DNA of 64,000 bases from Chiloscyllium plagiosum (Eukaryota). Location of the stretch: positions 903,805 through 967,804 of the forward strand of contig NC_057756.1 of NCBI RefSeq assembly GCF_004010195.1. The letters run 5' to 3'. Below, piece by piece: positions 1 through 13,200 of the stretch; the stretch's first letter is position 1; every line of letters begins with the position of its first letter. Made by a program: the position numbers and the translations under genes. The notes under the pieces are model-generated. The model was not told the origin of the DNA, made no database searches, and saw nothing but the letters and a program-made list of their open reading frames with translations.

Positions 1-94
1 GTAATCACTCAAATGTCTGTCAATGCAGAATTGGGAGGATCTCCACCAATTCCAGAAAATTATTCGTCAAACAAAGGGAACACAGATCAAAGAA

Positions 95-2975
95 AATTAC
101 AGCACAGGAACAGGTTTTTCGGCCCTCCAAGCCTGTACCGATCCAGATTCTCCATCTAAATCTGATCTCTCTGCTCCCTACTCATTCATGCATCTGTCGA
201 GATACATCTTAAACGACGCTATCGTGCCTGCCTCTACCACTCCCTCACGGAATATGTTCCAGGTCCCTACCATCCTCTTTCCAAAGAAGTTTCCAAGCAT
301 ATCTCTCCTAAACTTCCCCTCTCTCACTTTGAAATCGTCAGCCCCAGTAATTGAATCCCACACTCTGGTAAAAATGCTTCTTAGTACCTACCTTATCTAT
401 ACCTCTCATGATTTTGTAGACCTTCTTGTACTCAATATCTCGAAGGAAAGCATGTCACATGCCTTCGTGAACACTCTATTAACCTATGTTGGCACGTTTA
501 GTGAACAATGAACCTGAACACGCAGAGCTCACTGCACATTAATCTTCCTAAGGATATTGCAGTTTAATGTATAGTGTGCTCTTTAATTGAATCTTCCAAA
601 TGTGTCACTTCACATTTACCGGGCTGAACTCCATCTCCCATTTCTCCGCCTAGCTCTCCAATCTATCTATGTTCTGCTGTATTTTTTAGTTTAGATTCCC
701 TACAGTGTGGAAATAGGCCCTTCGGCCCAACCAGTCCACACCAACCCTCCAAAGAGTAACCCACCCAGACCCATTTCACTCTGACTAATGCACCTAACAC
801 TAGGGATAATTGAACATGGCCAATTAATTTGCCCTGCACATGTTTGGACTGTGGGGGGAAACCGGAGCACCCGGGGAAAACCCACGCACACAGGAGGAGA
901 ATGTGCAAACTCCACACAGACAGTCACCTGTGGCTAGAATTGAACCTGGGACCCTGATGCTGTGCTGCCCCTAATCTCACCCATTTACTCTGACTTCACG
1001 CATAACCTTCCTCCTTTTCCCTTGAGTGGGCGAACCCGTTCTCTAGCTACCCTCTTGCCCCTTATTTATGAATAAAAGTCTTTAGGCTTTTCTTAACACT
1101 GCTTGCTAAATATATCACAAGACCCCTTTCAGCCTCTTAATTCTTCGTTTCAGATTGGTCCTACATTCCCAATATTCTTCCAAAGCTTCATCTGTCTTCA
1201 GTCGCCAGAACTTATGTAACCTTCCTTTTTCCTCTGAGCCAGGCTCACAAATTAACCTGTCATCCGTGGTTCCCTATCTTGCCATTTCTATCCGTCATTT
1301 TCACTAGAACAAGTCTCTCCTGCACTCTAATCATCATCTCTTTAAAAGCCTTCCACCGATCAAATGTGGATTTACCTTCAGATAGCTGCTCCCAATCTAC
1401 ATTCCCAAATTCCTGCCGAATTTTTTTATATTTGTCTTCCCCCAGTTTAGCATTCTTCCTTTCGGACCACTCTTGCCTTTGTCCATGAATATTCTAAAAC
1501 TTACACAATTGTAAACACTATTCCCAAAGTATTCCACAATTGAAATGTCAACCACCTGACCGGGTTCATTGCCAACACCAGGTCCAGTATGGCCCCTTCC
1601 CGATTTGGACTATTAACATACTGCTCTAGAAAACACTCTTGGACGCTCCTTACAAATTCTGCTCCATCTAGACCTCTAACAATAAGTGATTCCTCGTCAA
1701 TGTTTGGAAACTTAAAATCTCCTATCACTGCCACACTGTTGCTCCTACATTATTCCATAATCTGTTCACACATTTGTACCTCTATCTCACAGTCGCTGTT
1801 GGGTGGCCTGTAGTACAGCCCCGAACATTGTTACCATACCCTTCCTATTTCTGAGCTCTGCCCCATATTGCCTCCACTGGAGTCCTCCATCGTGGCCTTT
1901 TTTGGCACAGCTGTTATATCCTTTCTTACCAGTCCTGCAACTCCTCCATCCTCTTTACCTCTCTCTCCATCTCATTTGAAGCAACAATATCCTGGATTAT
2001 TTAGTTGCCAGTCAAGCCCTTTCCCATAACCAAGTCTCAATATTAGCAATGGAATCATACTCCCAGGTGCTAATCCAAGCCCTACGATCATCTGCCTTAC
2101 CTCCTGCACTTCTTGCATTCAAACAAGTGCACCTCAGATCACGAGTCCCTTTGTGTTCTTCATCTGCTCCCTGCCTAATCTTCCCTTAGTCACGCGGATT
2201 TTGTTGTCTAGTTCGTTCCAGGTTTTAGTTTCTACCTCCTTACTGTCCACTAAGCTCCGCATTTTGTCCCCAGCACCCTGCCGCCTTTGTTTCAACCGTC
2301 CCAAACAGCTTAAACAAAAGCATCCCACGGCTGTCAAATCCGGCCCAGGTGTAGATTGTCTAATTTGTGATAGTCTCAGCTCCCCAGAACCAGCCCCAAT
2401 GTCCGAAAAATCTGAACCCCTCCCTCTTACACCTTCCCTCAAGCCACACATTCATCCTACCCCTTTTGACATTTCTACTCTGACTAGCACATGGCACTGG
2501 TAGATTGCTACCTCTGTGGTCCTACTTTTTAACTTGTATCCTAACTCCGTAATAGCTGCTTGAAGGACCTCATCCCGATTTTTACTTAATTCATTGGGGC
2601 TTATATGCACCATGACAACTGGCTATTTACCCTCCCCATTCAGAATGTTCTGCAGCCGATCTGAGATATCCCTGATCCATGCATCTGGGAGGCAACATAA
2701 CATTTGGGAGTCTCATTTTCGACCGTGGAATACCTATCCACTCCCATTACAATTAAATAACCTCTGACGATAGATCTTCCAAACTTTTTCCTACCCTTCG
2801 ATACAGCAGAGCCAGCCACCATGCCATGAACCTGGCGACTGCTGCCTTCCCCTGGTGAGTCATCTCCCCTAACAGTATCCAATCAGTATACCTGTTTTGG
2901 AGGAAGATGACCACAGGGGTTACCTGCACTGCCTTCCAGCTCCTTTTCTGTCTTTTTGGTCACCCAGTCTCTTTC
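95..2975 (-). mobile_element. Decayed CR1-clade LINE with internal deletions (ORF1 esterase-like, endonuclease and ORF2 C-terminal remnants), interrupted by a SINE
   Basis: Minus-strand ORF pieces: 178-363 (FKVREGKFRRD...VVEAGTIASFKMYLD, CR1 ORF2 end), 1501-1734 (VIGDFKFPNID...PNREGAILDLVL, endonuclease), 2640-2882 (ORF1-like). Confidence 0.85.
689..972 (-). mobile_element. HE1-like / V-SINE
   Basis: Conserved core tttggactgtgggggaaaccggagcacccgg...gagaatgtgcaaactccacacagacagtc, shared with other copies in the window. Confidence 0.85.
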
Positions 2976-4227
2976 TCCCTCAGCAATCCTACTCAATATT
3001 ACTATTTACTTTACTTTTACGTTCATGTAATGTACGATTGTATATGCTAATATGCGTTGCACCTACCTGGATTCATTCTGGGATTAATTTGTAGGATCAC
3101 ACAGATCTCTAGTCATCAGCATTCTCTTTTGTGTCCACTATTCAAAGTTTCTACTTTTATGTTTTGGACCCATCCATTAATTGGGATAATTATATCATTA
3201 GTCATTTTATTTGGCTGACTACTTTAAGTAGTTGTCATTATCAATTCCACAATTTATTGCAACGATTTCAACCTTTAACTTTTAAATGTCCATTTAAAAT
3301 TGAGATATGATTGCAAATTTTCTGTCCTCGCCAAAGGACATAAACATACATAATGTAACATTCGTGATGATGATTATCTAGTTTGCTCATGGGGTACACA
3401 TTTTCAATGCGCTGAAGAAACAAATCTGAAAGGGGGCGGATTGTCATAAGTGTTAGCTATGAACTGATTTTCATTCACCATTGAAACCTAACGTTATTAG
3501 AGTTGCACCTGCTCCTCAGCGCCAATGATCTGACATTGTCATGGTTATTCATATCACCAGAAGACCCAGAACCAGCTATAATAGCATTTAATCCTTACAA
3601 ATAACCTTGAAACACAGACCCGAGCTTCCTACTGGCTTCTTGTCTCTGGATTTATCGCCACACAGAAAATACCTTGACATTTCTTCTCATTCAATCCATG
3701 ATATGAGCATTTTACATTGAAGTCATTAGTGCTTCATGGCCTCATTTATAACTATTACTCCGCTGCCAATGATTCCGTGTAATGCTTTCTTTCTCACAAT
3801 TTTCCAGACAGAGTTGCTATGTCAGAGCGACTTAAATTTTTTTTACATTTCTCGAGGTATTTTAATGCTGCAATTCAACAATTGAATTTGCTGGTAAAAT
3901 TTCAATGTTAGCCTTGATTATGGACATGAATCATTTTGACTGTAACCCTACCACTTCTTTTCTACTTATTTTATCAAATGCAAATGTGTTAAACTTTCCA
4001 CAAATCAAATTACACTGCATTGATCACTTGTCCTGTCATTGTTATTACCAATCGTATTTATACAGGTGAGCTTATGAATTATTTTCTTAACACTAGTTGT
4101 AATGACGTTTCTGCGAATAAGATAGCCACCTGGAAATATATCAATTGCGTTAACATTGAAATTCTGATTATGGAATTATTAGCATTATTAGTACTGTTAT
4201 TACATGTTTGTTTCATTTTATTCAAAG

Positions 4228-4254
4228 AGGAAAAGCTAAATGGGGAATTAAAAG
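4228..4254 (+). CDS. 27-nt micro-exon (EEKLNGELK)
   Basis: tttcattttattcaaag|AGGAAAAGCTAAATGGGGAATTAAAAG|gtattt; phase 1-1. Confidence 0.8.
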
Positions 4255-7200
4255 GTATTTGCAACAAACTGTCACAGATATTAGATCTTCTTTTATATGT
4301 TAATGATGCTCGAAAATGTCAAATCTTGAAGTGTTTTCGTTATTTTATTTCTGAGTCTTGTTTAGAAGGAAATGTGTGGCACGAGATCTGCCTGTCTATA
4401 AAGGGAAGTTGCAGTTCATGATACAAAAACAGAAGTAACTGGGGAATCTGAACAGCACATGTGGGAAAATAACAGGTTAACGTTTTGAATGCAGTGACCT
4501 CCTTCAGAAATGACAAGGGTAACTGGATTTAAAACATTAACATTATTCTCTGTTCCCAGATGCCACCATACAGGCAGTATTTATCCATCATTTTCTGTTT
4601 TTGCCTCAGATCTTCAGCCTTCGGACATCTTTTTTTCAAATAATTGCAGTTCATGATTTTGCTCTGGCTCTTCAATTTACGTTCATGGCTATGTTAGCTC
4701 TGGCATTTGCCTGAATTTCAGACAGGAAAACCCATCTTCGTTGGCACATGTTTCATAATTATTGATATTTTCTCTCTTATCTTCAAATATATTCATACGC
4801 TTATATCAAAGTTAATAGTTTGTCAAATATAGAAACTGTACATGAGGAAGAAGCCATGTTGTAAAACATTTATTTCTGTTTTTGCATTAACAATGTTGGA
4901 GATGAATTTATTTTCAGTTCATGGTAAGACAAAGCTTACACCTCTCCAAAGATTCTTTCTACATTTGTGAACAACCTTGATATGAAGAACTCTAACGTTC
5001 AAAATGCAGGTTTTATCTTTAACTAGCGAGAACAATGTACTGGTAACAAATCTAAAAAGAAATAATGAGATTAGTTTCTGAGATATACATACATCGCATA
5101 ATTGAATGCATTTCAAGTTATCTGCATGCTTCCTGAAGGTCCAAGGGATGTGTGATAACATTTTCAAATATATTAGATTATGGCAAATCTTGTCATGATG
5201 CACATTAAGGGGTAGTACCTGGCTGATAAGCAGAGTTAACTAGTGTTCTTTGGATGAAATTTCCGACATCTAAAATATTGAAAAAAAAGTGTTTTTAATC
5301 AAATAGTTTTATATTTGTTACATATCCTATTATTATGAGTTGCAGATATCCCACCATTGAATATAATTAAACATGAAACAGACACAGTTTGCTTTAAAGA
5401 AGGAAAAAATAGTGTTATAGAGAGCGAATTGTAAAATGGAGTTGAGGTTGAAGATTTTCCTTCATTACAGTGAGTGTCACAGCTCTGACAAAGAACGTTT
5501 AATTCTTCTTCTGTCCTTATTTACTATACTGCCAATTGTTTTTGTTTTATATTTGACAATTTAACCAGTGATTAAAACATTGGTTTTAATGGTTTGAAGT
5601 TAGACTGTCTTGAAACTGTTTCTTTTAAAAAAAGAAGTCTTGTATGAGTTGCATTCAATTCCCAGAAATAGCAACTTATGAATATACTGATGACCTTTGT
5701 CCATTATAGCAAAATAATGCTTCGTATCACTTCCCTTTTGCTGTACCTTCAAAGCTACTAACAACCCGACAAGGAACTATGCAGAGGAAGAAAGTAAGAT
5801 GCGGTAAAAAAAAAGACTGTGACCACCATTTCAAGTGCTTCTCTTAAGAAGAGCTTGCTACAGTAAAACCTCTATCATAAAAACATAGCAAAAATGTAAT
5901 TTGTGCCAAAGCCAATCCCTTTGCAAGTTGCAAATTTTCACCTGTTTGCTGTTTTGAATACTGAAGGTCTCAAAGATATATCAAGTCGATCTCAGTATTT
6001 CACAGAAACATAACAACTTTTATCGGCTAGCCTGCTCAGAATACATTAAGATTTTTGCCTGGGCACTAGTTTTTTTCCCCTTGTTTTTAAACCATAATAT
6101 AAAGTGTTTTGTTGCAGATGAAATTCTACTACAGAAACTACTTGACAAACTAACAATTTATTTAAACATCCCAGTTAAAATGCAACAAAATAACCAAGAA
6201 CGAATACCTTAATTCTACTGGAAAACTTAACAGAATATTAGATGCACTAACTTATACTGATAAACTGTTCCAATATGATATCATCCCATAAACAAACCTG
6301 TTAGCAAAAAGACAAATGCCAACAAATGCCAACATCCACTTTTCTCATATACAATTCAGCAGCAGCTAGAGAGAAAAATGAACCAAGTGAAAACTCAGAG
6401 AGGACCAACAAGGAAATATTTGGTGCAACCTCCAGCCCTGTTGAGACTCCATGAGCAGATGGTAAATCTAAATGCGATAAAACTATACAAAACACGAAAT
6501 TCTGATCCGTGAGAACTGGCCACACCTGTTCACTCTACTTCTGTTATTTCAACGTTTTAACAAAAACCGTAAACTCTTTACTACAGAATGGTTGCGATCT
6601 TTTATACCATCTTTCTCTTAAAAGAACCAAAGGGCAAAATAAATTTCAACGCTACAACATCGTTACAATATTGTCAAGACTAAAACATTCATCGTTGTTT
6701 GTATGGCTGATGATTATTCTTACATTTGTATTTTTTTCAAGTCCTTCATCTCCTCAAACTCTCTTCACTGGACTTTAAACAATTCTTGGTGTCAGTACTT
6801 CCATGATTGGCTGCAGTGCTTCCTATTCTATAAATTGAAAACGTGAAATTTACTCACTATTTATCCATGCATCTCTCTTCTGTTCAAAACTGTTTACAAA
6901 CAACATTTTTATTAACGTTAATTCATCACTTAATTGAAACGTTGGTAGTTGTTTTTAAAAAAAATCCTTTCACGTTTTTTTGTTCTAATACTTTCCAAAT
7001 ATAATACGGCACGCAATAATTCAATCTCGATGTGCTTTCGTTTCAGAAATAGAAAAACTGAAAGGTCAACTTGAAGACGTAGGTGCGTACAAATGATAGA
7101 AATTCGTGTTTCAGCTAGGTTTCTTGTGGCAGCCTATTTTTTTTTGAGTATCCGTTTTTCTTGAATACGTTGTATAGGTGGTTCTCCTGTTTTCCGAAGT

Positions 7201-10200
7201 TTGTGCTGCAGTGTGTGGTGGCTCGTTGGAATAGTGTTCTGAGACAGCTTCTTTTGTGTGTATTGTGTGTGTTACACTGACCAAATACTTAACTGCACAA
7301 GGAACCATCCCAAAACACGCAAACGAAGCTATATCAGAAAACTATTCCAACGAGCCACCACACACTGCAGCACAGACAAACTTCGGAAAACAGAGGAGAA
7401 CCACCTATACAACGTATTCAAGAAGAACGGATACTCAAAAAATACAGTCCGCAGATTCCTCAAGAACAAACCACGACAAGCAGACCAAACACAGCCAGAA
7501 ATCCTAACCACCTTATCATACATCAAAGAAGTTTCAGAAATGACAGCCAGACTACTAAGACCCTTCGGAATCCGAGTAGCACACAAACCGACCAACACTC
7601 TCAAACAAACGTAAAAGACTCAGTACAACCCATGGACAAAACCAATGTCGTCTACAAAATTCCACGCAAGGACTGCCACAAAGATTACGTAGGACAAAAA
7701 GGAAGAAAGTTAGCCACCAGGATACACGAACACCAGCCAGCCACAAAAAGACACGACCTTCTCTCCCTCATAGCCCTACACATGGATGAAAAAAAAGCAC
7801 CAATTCGACTGGGACAACACATCTATCCTGGGACAGGCTAAGCAAAGACATAGCAGAGAATTCCTAGAGGCCTGGCACTCCAACCACAACGCCATAAACA
7901 AACACATAGATCTAGATGCCATCTATCAACCCCTCAGAAAACGAACAGGAAATGACATCACCACAATCCCAGGAACACCATCCATGACAAAAAAAAAACA
8001 TATAAATTGAAAGCAGGAGACAACAGCTTCGCTTCACTTGGAGGTCGCCACTGATGATGTTACCTAGCCAGGTAAAGAAACGTCTGGGTATCAAACCTAC
8101 AGCTCTGCGAGCAATCCTACACCCAAAACCTCAACCTGAGCTACAAACCTTCACATATTTGATGTGTGTTCGTGGAACAAAATAAGTTGTGCAACTTCAA
8201 TCAACGACAACTCCACATATTTTCATATAACTTCTCTTAAAATGATCTATTATTGCATATTATGGAGGCATTGTTATCTTGTTACACCATTTTTCATATT
8301 GGCAGTTGTGACTTTACATTTTGCTGAGGATAGGTTCAGTGGGCGGTGCCAGATGCGGGTGGTGTGGTGAGGGCTGAGAACTCAGACCATTATTTAGTTG
8401 GAATCTTTATTGTCCAGTTGGATTGCTGCGACTTTGCCCAATGGCAGTGCCTTCGGAGTCATCGTTATCTAGAGCCTCAAATTGCCCTCTACGTCAGTTA
8501 AAATATATTGGCATTTACCTTCAAACTCTGAACGAGAGTTGTGGCTGTGGGTACCAAATACATAATTGTTTTTTTTCATGTAGAATAGCTCCTTGAACTA
8601 CGAATGCACTTGTTCATGGGTAAAAAAAGAAGTGTGCACAGAGACTTCGGTTGGGACACTGTTATGACTTGGCTCTGTTGACCAGGAACTGCTTCTGTTC
8701 TTAGTAATTCTCATGCACATATCGGCTCCCTTTCAATATGAAGAACCATTGTATTGTAAAATTTCTTTCTGCATCTTGTGCGGCCATCAGTTCACAGTGT
8801 GAGAGATTAAGTTCCGATGCAGCAAGCAGGATATTTTCACTATGCCACCAGACCTCCAAACACATCTCTCGAATATGAAGAGAACAAAATCGGATTNNNN
8901 NNNNNNNNNNNNNNNNNNNNNNNNNNNNNNNNNNNNNNNNNNNNNNNNNNNNNNNNNNNNNNNNNNNNNNNNNNNNNNNNNNNNNNNNNNNNNNNNNNNN
9001 NNNNNNNNNNNNNNNNNNNNNNNNNNNNNNNNNNNNNNNNNNNNNNNNNNNNNNNNNNNNNNNNNNNNNNNNNNNNNNNNNNNNNNNNNNNNNNNNNNNN
9101 NNNNNNNNNNNNNNNNNNNNNNNNNNNNNNNNNNNNNNNNNNNNNNNNNNNNNNNNNNNNNNNNNNNNNNNNNNNNNNNNNNNNNNNNNNNNNNNNNNNN
9201 NNNNNNNNNNNNNNNNNNNNNNNNNNNNNNNNNNNNNNNNNNNNNNNNNNNNNNNNNNNNNNNNNNNNNNNNNNNNNNNNNNNNNNNNNNNNNNNNNNNN
9301 NNNNNNNNNNNNNNNNNNNNNNNNNNNNNNNNNNNNNNNNNNNNNNNNNNNNNNNNNNNNNNNNNNNNNNNNNNNNNNNNNNNNNNNNNNNNNNNNAGAT
9401 TTAATCAGGAGGCGAGACCCGCATGGATGTAATTGAATTTTATTGGAAACGCCTTGAAATTCTTCTAAATTTGAGCGAGAAGAGGGATGGGTGAAACATA
9501 TCAGCAATGCTAACCTCCAATGCAAGAATACGGTTATGAATATTCTTCATCTTCAAAACATAATTTTGTCAGCTGAGCCTAGAGATACTTACTCAACAAA
9601 AATACTCATGCTGATGACAGAAACTACCTGGACTCTCAGCAACTTTGCATTGAATCAAGTCGAACCGGTTACAAATTGAAATAATTTCAAAGTTATGTCA
9701 TGCTTGTATGAAATCCTGCTGCAAATTAAAATGCTTGTGCAGGATGAATCGTTATATTCAATAAACATTCAATGAGAAGGAGATAAATGCTGGTGCAAAT
9801 TGGGATAACGTAAGTAGCAAACCAATTTGAACTATGATGACGAAAAGAAATTAAACAGAAGCTTGATCCTTTACACAGTTTCTAAAATACCAAAACATTC
9901 CAGCACAAAACAAAGGTTGTGCAGCATACAAACATTGTCTGATACCCAGGAAGCAATGCAAATCAAAAATTGCCAGCTGATGAAGATTTTCATGGAAGAA
10001 AATCAAAACATCGCTCATGCCTCTAACCCAGTCTTCACGTGCATTGGGGCATTCATCACCACTGCTGAACTTAATAATAATCATCCTGGTTGTTATGAAA
10101 ATAAAAATATCATAGGCTGGCAATGACTGAAAAGTACTTTGAATGAAGAAACTGTTCATAATATTCATGAAAATAATGTTCAAAAAGAATATGAAGGCAG

Positions 10201-13200
10201 AAAGAGAATAGTTTTGCCATGATTGCCTCAGCATTAAATTATTCTAATTACACCTAGTTGTTGGAAAGATAATAAGCATACTCTGAGTATTGCACTTATT
10301 ATGTAGACTAAACAGGAATTTCTAAAAGTGAAGTTATCCAGGACCAATAACATAGAAACCATAACATGAGCAAGAAGGAGTAAAAACTTTTCATTAAATT
10401 GTGTTGGAGGCCGAACTGAATGAATACTTATGAAAGTATTTGAGAAAGAGATAAATACCATTTGATTTAATTTATCTATGAGCCACAAACAAAATGAAAT
10501 AACATTGTGTTTAGAATCTCAATGTGAAATGAGGAAGCATGTTATGTTCGAAAAAAGTTTAACAATAAAATAAAAAGAGAAACAATTCTTTATGATCTAT
10601 TCTATCAACGTGCACTGTTGTAATGATTACCAGTTTGTGAAACTTGGTTGATATGTCGACATAGTGCTACAATTCTTGGTCATTCAACTCTTTGTCTATT
10701 GTTTCATTGACACTTCTCTTGCCATACACTGAATAAATCACAGGAACTCGCTGTTTTGAAAAAGAAAACCTCATAGCATTTTTGTTCATGTTCTTTATCA
10801 ATTTATGTTTATGTCCAATCTGTGTGCAGTTTTCTGACGTTAGAAATGTCTTTTTGTTTCTTTTGCTTACAATATCGCAATCCTTTGGCATGCTAAATTC
10901 CCCTTCAAATTTCCACGTAATAAATTATTTCTCGAGGGAGAATAATCCTAGCTCGCCAACCACTTTCCATAATCAGGATGATCGAACACAGTAACGTTGA
11001 AATTGAATCCTACTATATTCTTCCTAAGTTTGAATACATTGCATCAGTATGGCACCCATAACTGAGTGACAGCTACGTTTTCCGTGGACGGTTTACACTT
11101 TCAGCGAAGGGGTTTATGGTTTTTTGAGTGATCATACTCAAAGATAAATGCTCTAACTAATTTAATAAATTTTTGCTATGAAGTGAATGTGTCATGATGT
11201 ACAGATACAAATTTAGGGAATGAGTCAATAATGATGCAATTGTAAATTGTACATAATAATTAAATTACTGGAGAAACCCTGCCGATTTTGCAGGATCTGT
11301 GAAGAAAAATCAACGTTAAAGTTTCGAATTTACTGAGTCTTCTTCTGAACAATTGATTGTTTATGATCTTGGCACTCGTTCCTTTATATTATTGTGATGT
11401 AATTGTATACTGGAAAGTTTCAAGGAGCGGAATGGATCATTTTGTTTTACATCCTCGTCGTAATGCACTTTTATTTTTGTTATTTCATTTGACAGATATG
11501 GATAAACTGAAAAAGAACTGCAAAGAAATTGGTCAGTAGAATGGTATTTCGTGAATTTTAAAACCGTATTTTCAACATCTTACTGTATTCATAAATATAA
11601 GTTTCAAAGTCAATCGCGGTTGGAACTCCTACAACGAAAATTAAAAAGAAATGTAACAAATAGGGAAATGTGTGTTAATTGTGCAGACACAGGTGTTTAC
11701 CATGGAAATTCAGGCGAAACTGTGAAGTGTGAAATTTTGTTTAACTATAGATTTCAGGACAAACCTGTTGATTCTGATTTGACAGCATTTTACCATAGGA
11801 ATTTTAGTGCAGGTTTCACAACCCATCACTTCAATTATTTCGGTTGTCACATTACTACGTGACTGAAGTAGTTGCAAACTTGGGTAGCAATGTCCTCCAC
11901 CTCTCCTTCAGAGAAAGAGATAGATGTTGATTTTTGATGAAACTGCTGTAAGTTATTTCATCACAAAACATTTTTGAAACATCTATAGTAATCTATTATG
12001 ATTATATTGCACGCTAAGGAGTCTGGAGATAATTCAGAGAAAGAGATAGATGTTGATTTTTGATGAAACTGCTGTAAGTTATTTCATCACGAGACTAGGT
12101 AATATTCATTTGATTTGCAGACACAAAATTCATTGCTGCAATGATCGAACCAGTTAAAGCAACATAATTCACCGAATGTTTTTACAAGTAATTACATTAA
12201 TTGCATGGCAAAGTTTAAGCCTCAGTAAAATCAGCCACCTGGGTGCTACTGGAATTATTATTTTCTTGGAACTGTACATATTCCAGAAAAATCCAAATGT
12301 GTGCTGAAGAGTAACAAACGTGAACGATTTCCTGCTCCTTTGTCATTCTTTAATCAATGAATAATATTTCTATCTCATAGTAAAACTCTAATAGTTAAGT
12401 TCTGATCTATTGTGCAAATGCCACTAAATCCTTGCCACACACTGCCCAACGGTTTTCCACAAAACTGAAAATTGTGAAATGCATATGTGTTGATCTGATA
12501 CACAGTACTTGGGGAATACAAATATACATCTGTATGCTTTTTTGTCGAAATGCCAGCAGTGAATTGAGCCTTCAGATTCCGAATCACCCGCTTAAATCTC
12601 TCTGCTACTCCTCTTAAGACACAATTGAAAACATATTGTTTTGTCGAAGCATTTGGCATTTTAGACAAATATTTCTTTATCAAGTCTGTAACAGTATCTT
12701 AATAAAAGAAGCACAATTGTTAGTTTTTTATACAGTCTCAGAATATGAATATCTGCGATTTATGTTCCTTCTGTATTTTTTTTTTCGAATCATTGTAATA
12801 ATAGAAGTGGAGATCATACAGAAAAATGAAGGTAAAGACGATCATGGAGTTTATATTCATAATCTTTCAGTTCGAACGATATCTGAATTCAACCAACACG
12901 TGGACTTCCAATACATATCTATTTTAGTAATATAATACTGATATCATTTACACACACACACAAACGCACACACAATATATATGATATATATATTTATATA
13001 TAAGCTTCTTGTTCTGTGATCCTGATTCTTTTTATTGCTTACAGAAATAGAGAAATTGAAAAATCGTATTACAACTTGTGGTGAGTGGATTTAATTGATT
13101 CGGATTCTGAATTCACTGGCAAAACATTTTTGAAACATCTATAGTAATCTATTATGATTATATTGCACGCTAAGGAGTCTGGAGATAATTCAAAAGAGTG

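Noticed and set aside
4020..4421. 133-aa ORF with a hydrophobic stretch resembling a TM segment before EEKLNGELK
   Set aside because: The hydrophobic run is most simply the T-rich intron and acceptor region of the micro-exon read in frame. The same effect is seen at 12636, 15853 and 50427.
8584..8619. AG-36 nt-GT segment after a T-tract
   Set aside because: In-frame TAG in phase 1 and no similarity to the exon consensus.
8701..9525. Longest ORFs in the track (274, 195 and 196 aa)
   Set aside because: Artefacts of reading through the 500-N gap.
9783..9809. 27 nt before a gtaagt donor in the interval that lacks a 27-nt exon
   Set aside because: Purine-rich acceptor context and an in-frame TAA.
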